This document shows, in pieces, positions 1 through 334 of a stretch of 334 bases of DNA. The notes under the pieces were generated by a model. The model made no database searches, was not told where the DNA came from, and saw nothing but the letters and a program-made list of their open reading frames with translations. The translations under genes and the position numbers were made by a program. The stretch is from Escherichia coli. GTDB taxonomy: Bacteria > Pseudomonadota > Gammaproteobacteria > Enterobacterales > Enterobacteriaceae. The first letter of the stretch is position 1. Every line of letters begins with the position of its first letter. The stretch is from NCBI RefSeq assembly GCF_003334765.1, contig NZ_QOWT01000138.1. One strand, given 5' to 3'.

Positions 1-30
1 CCGGCTCTGCCATGGGAGGATTGCCAATGA
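1..30 (+). CDS. citD: 3' end of citrate lyase acyl carrier protein (gamma subunit) gene; last 9 codons plus TGA stop, 5'-truncated by the window edge
   Basis: Frame ending at 28-30 reads ccg gct ctg cca tgg gag gat tgc caa tga = P A L P W E D C Q *. This matches the C-terminus I recall for E. coli CitD, and the gene sits immediately upstream of citE as in the citCDEFXG operon. Only 9 codons are visible, so the call depends on recalled sequence and synteny. Confidence 0.7.
   Translation, partial: PALPWEDCQ
14..20 (+). promoter_or_regulatory. Shine-Dalgarno ribosome-binding site for citE, embedded in the citD coding tail
   Basis: GGGAGGA at 14-20 (core GGAGG at 15-19) is complementary to the 16S rRNA anti-SD. 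A 6-nt spacer (21-26) separates it from the ATG at 27-29, within the usual optimal range. Confidence 0.75.
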
Positions 31-334
31 TTTCCGCTTCGCTGCAACAACGTAAAACTCGCACCCGCCGCAGCATGTTGTTTGTGCCTGGTGCCAATGC
101 CGCGATGGTCAGCAACTCCTTCATCTACCCGGCTGATGCCCTGATGTTTGACCTCGAAGACTCCGTAGCATTGCGTGAAAAAGACACCGCCCGCCGCATG
201 GTTTACCACGCGCTGCAACATCCGCTGTATCGCGATATTGAAACCATTGTGCGTGTCAACGCGCTGGATTCCGAATGGGGTGTTAACGACCTGGAAGCCG
301 TCGTTCGCGGTGGTGCGGACGTTGTGCGTCTGCC
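27..334 (+). CDS. citE: Citrate lyase beta subunit (citryl-CoA lyase), N-terminal 102 codons; 3'-truncated by the window edge
   Basis: ATG at 27-29 is preceded by a strong SD. The frame is open to the end of the window (102 full codons plus 2 nt). Translation: [103 protein letters not shown]. It contains the LFVPG...D-LED...RVN pattern typical of the HpcH/HpaI/CitE family and matches my recollection of the E. coli CitE N-terminus. Codon usage is enterobacterial (ctg, ccg, cgt/cgc, no rare TTA/CTA/TCA). Confidence 0.9.
   Translation, partial: MISASLQQRKTRTRRSMLFVPGANAAMVSNSFIYPADALMFDLEDSVALREKDTARRMVYHALQHPLYRDIETIVRVNALDSEWGVNDLEAVVRGGADVVRL

Noticed and set aside
40-49. 10-bp direct repeat cgctgcaaca at 40-49 and 211-220
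   Set aside because: Both copies are in-frame and encode similar peptides (SLQQ and ALQH) with preferred codons. It is too short and too plausibly coincidental within one ORF to indicate duplication, a mobile element or a binding site.
64-72. 9-bp direct repeat cccgccgca at 64-72 and 190-198, each followed within a few bases by ATG
   Set aside because: Both copies are in the citE frame and encode adjacent Arg-Arg pairs (TRR and ARR) using the common cgc codon. This is short, GC-rich coding coincidence rather than a repeat element or regulatory site.
75-77. Internal ATG (Met17) as the primary citE start codon
   Set aside because: No SD-like sequence lies upstream of it, whereas the ATG at 27 has a strong, well-spaced GGAGG and the stop-overlap arrangement typical of operon junctions. 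It is kept only as a low-probability alternative in the findings.
1-334. Minus-strand reading frame with no stop codons across the entire window (antisense to citE, in the co-registered frame)
   Set aside because: The plus-strand triplets TTA, CTA and TCA, which would create minus-strand stops, never fall in the citE codon register because the gene avoids those rare codons. This is a well-known codon-bias artifact in GC-rich coding sequence, and I see no reason to call an antisense gene.
1-334. Possibility that the window holds a novel defence, mobile or otherwise undescribed system
   Set aside because: The whole window is accounted for by the citD-citE junction of a citrate lyase operon, in one continuous coding orientation. 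It has no intergenic space, no repeat arrays, no inverted repeats suggestive of mobile-element ends, and no compositional anomaly.

Overview
This 334-bp window is an ordinary core-metabolism operon junction from an enterobacterial (E. coli-like) citrate lyase locus; I find no evidence of a novel system. It holds the last 9 codons plus stop of an upstream gene whose C-terminus (…PALPWEDCQ*) matches what I recall for CitD, the citrate lyase acyl carrier protein (gamma subunit), at 1-30. A Shine-Dalgarno motif (GGGAGGA, 14-20) lies inside that coding tail. The first 102 codons of citE, citrate lyase beta subunit (citryl-CoA lyase, HpcH/HpaI/CitE aldolase fold), run from 27 to the window edge, with an ATGA start/stop overlap with citD. 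Both identifications rest on my reading of the translation and on recalled protein sequences, not on a database search. The only points worth a second look are the translational coupling at the overlap and the basic N-terminal extension of CitE before the conserved fold.
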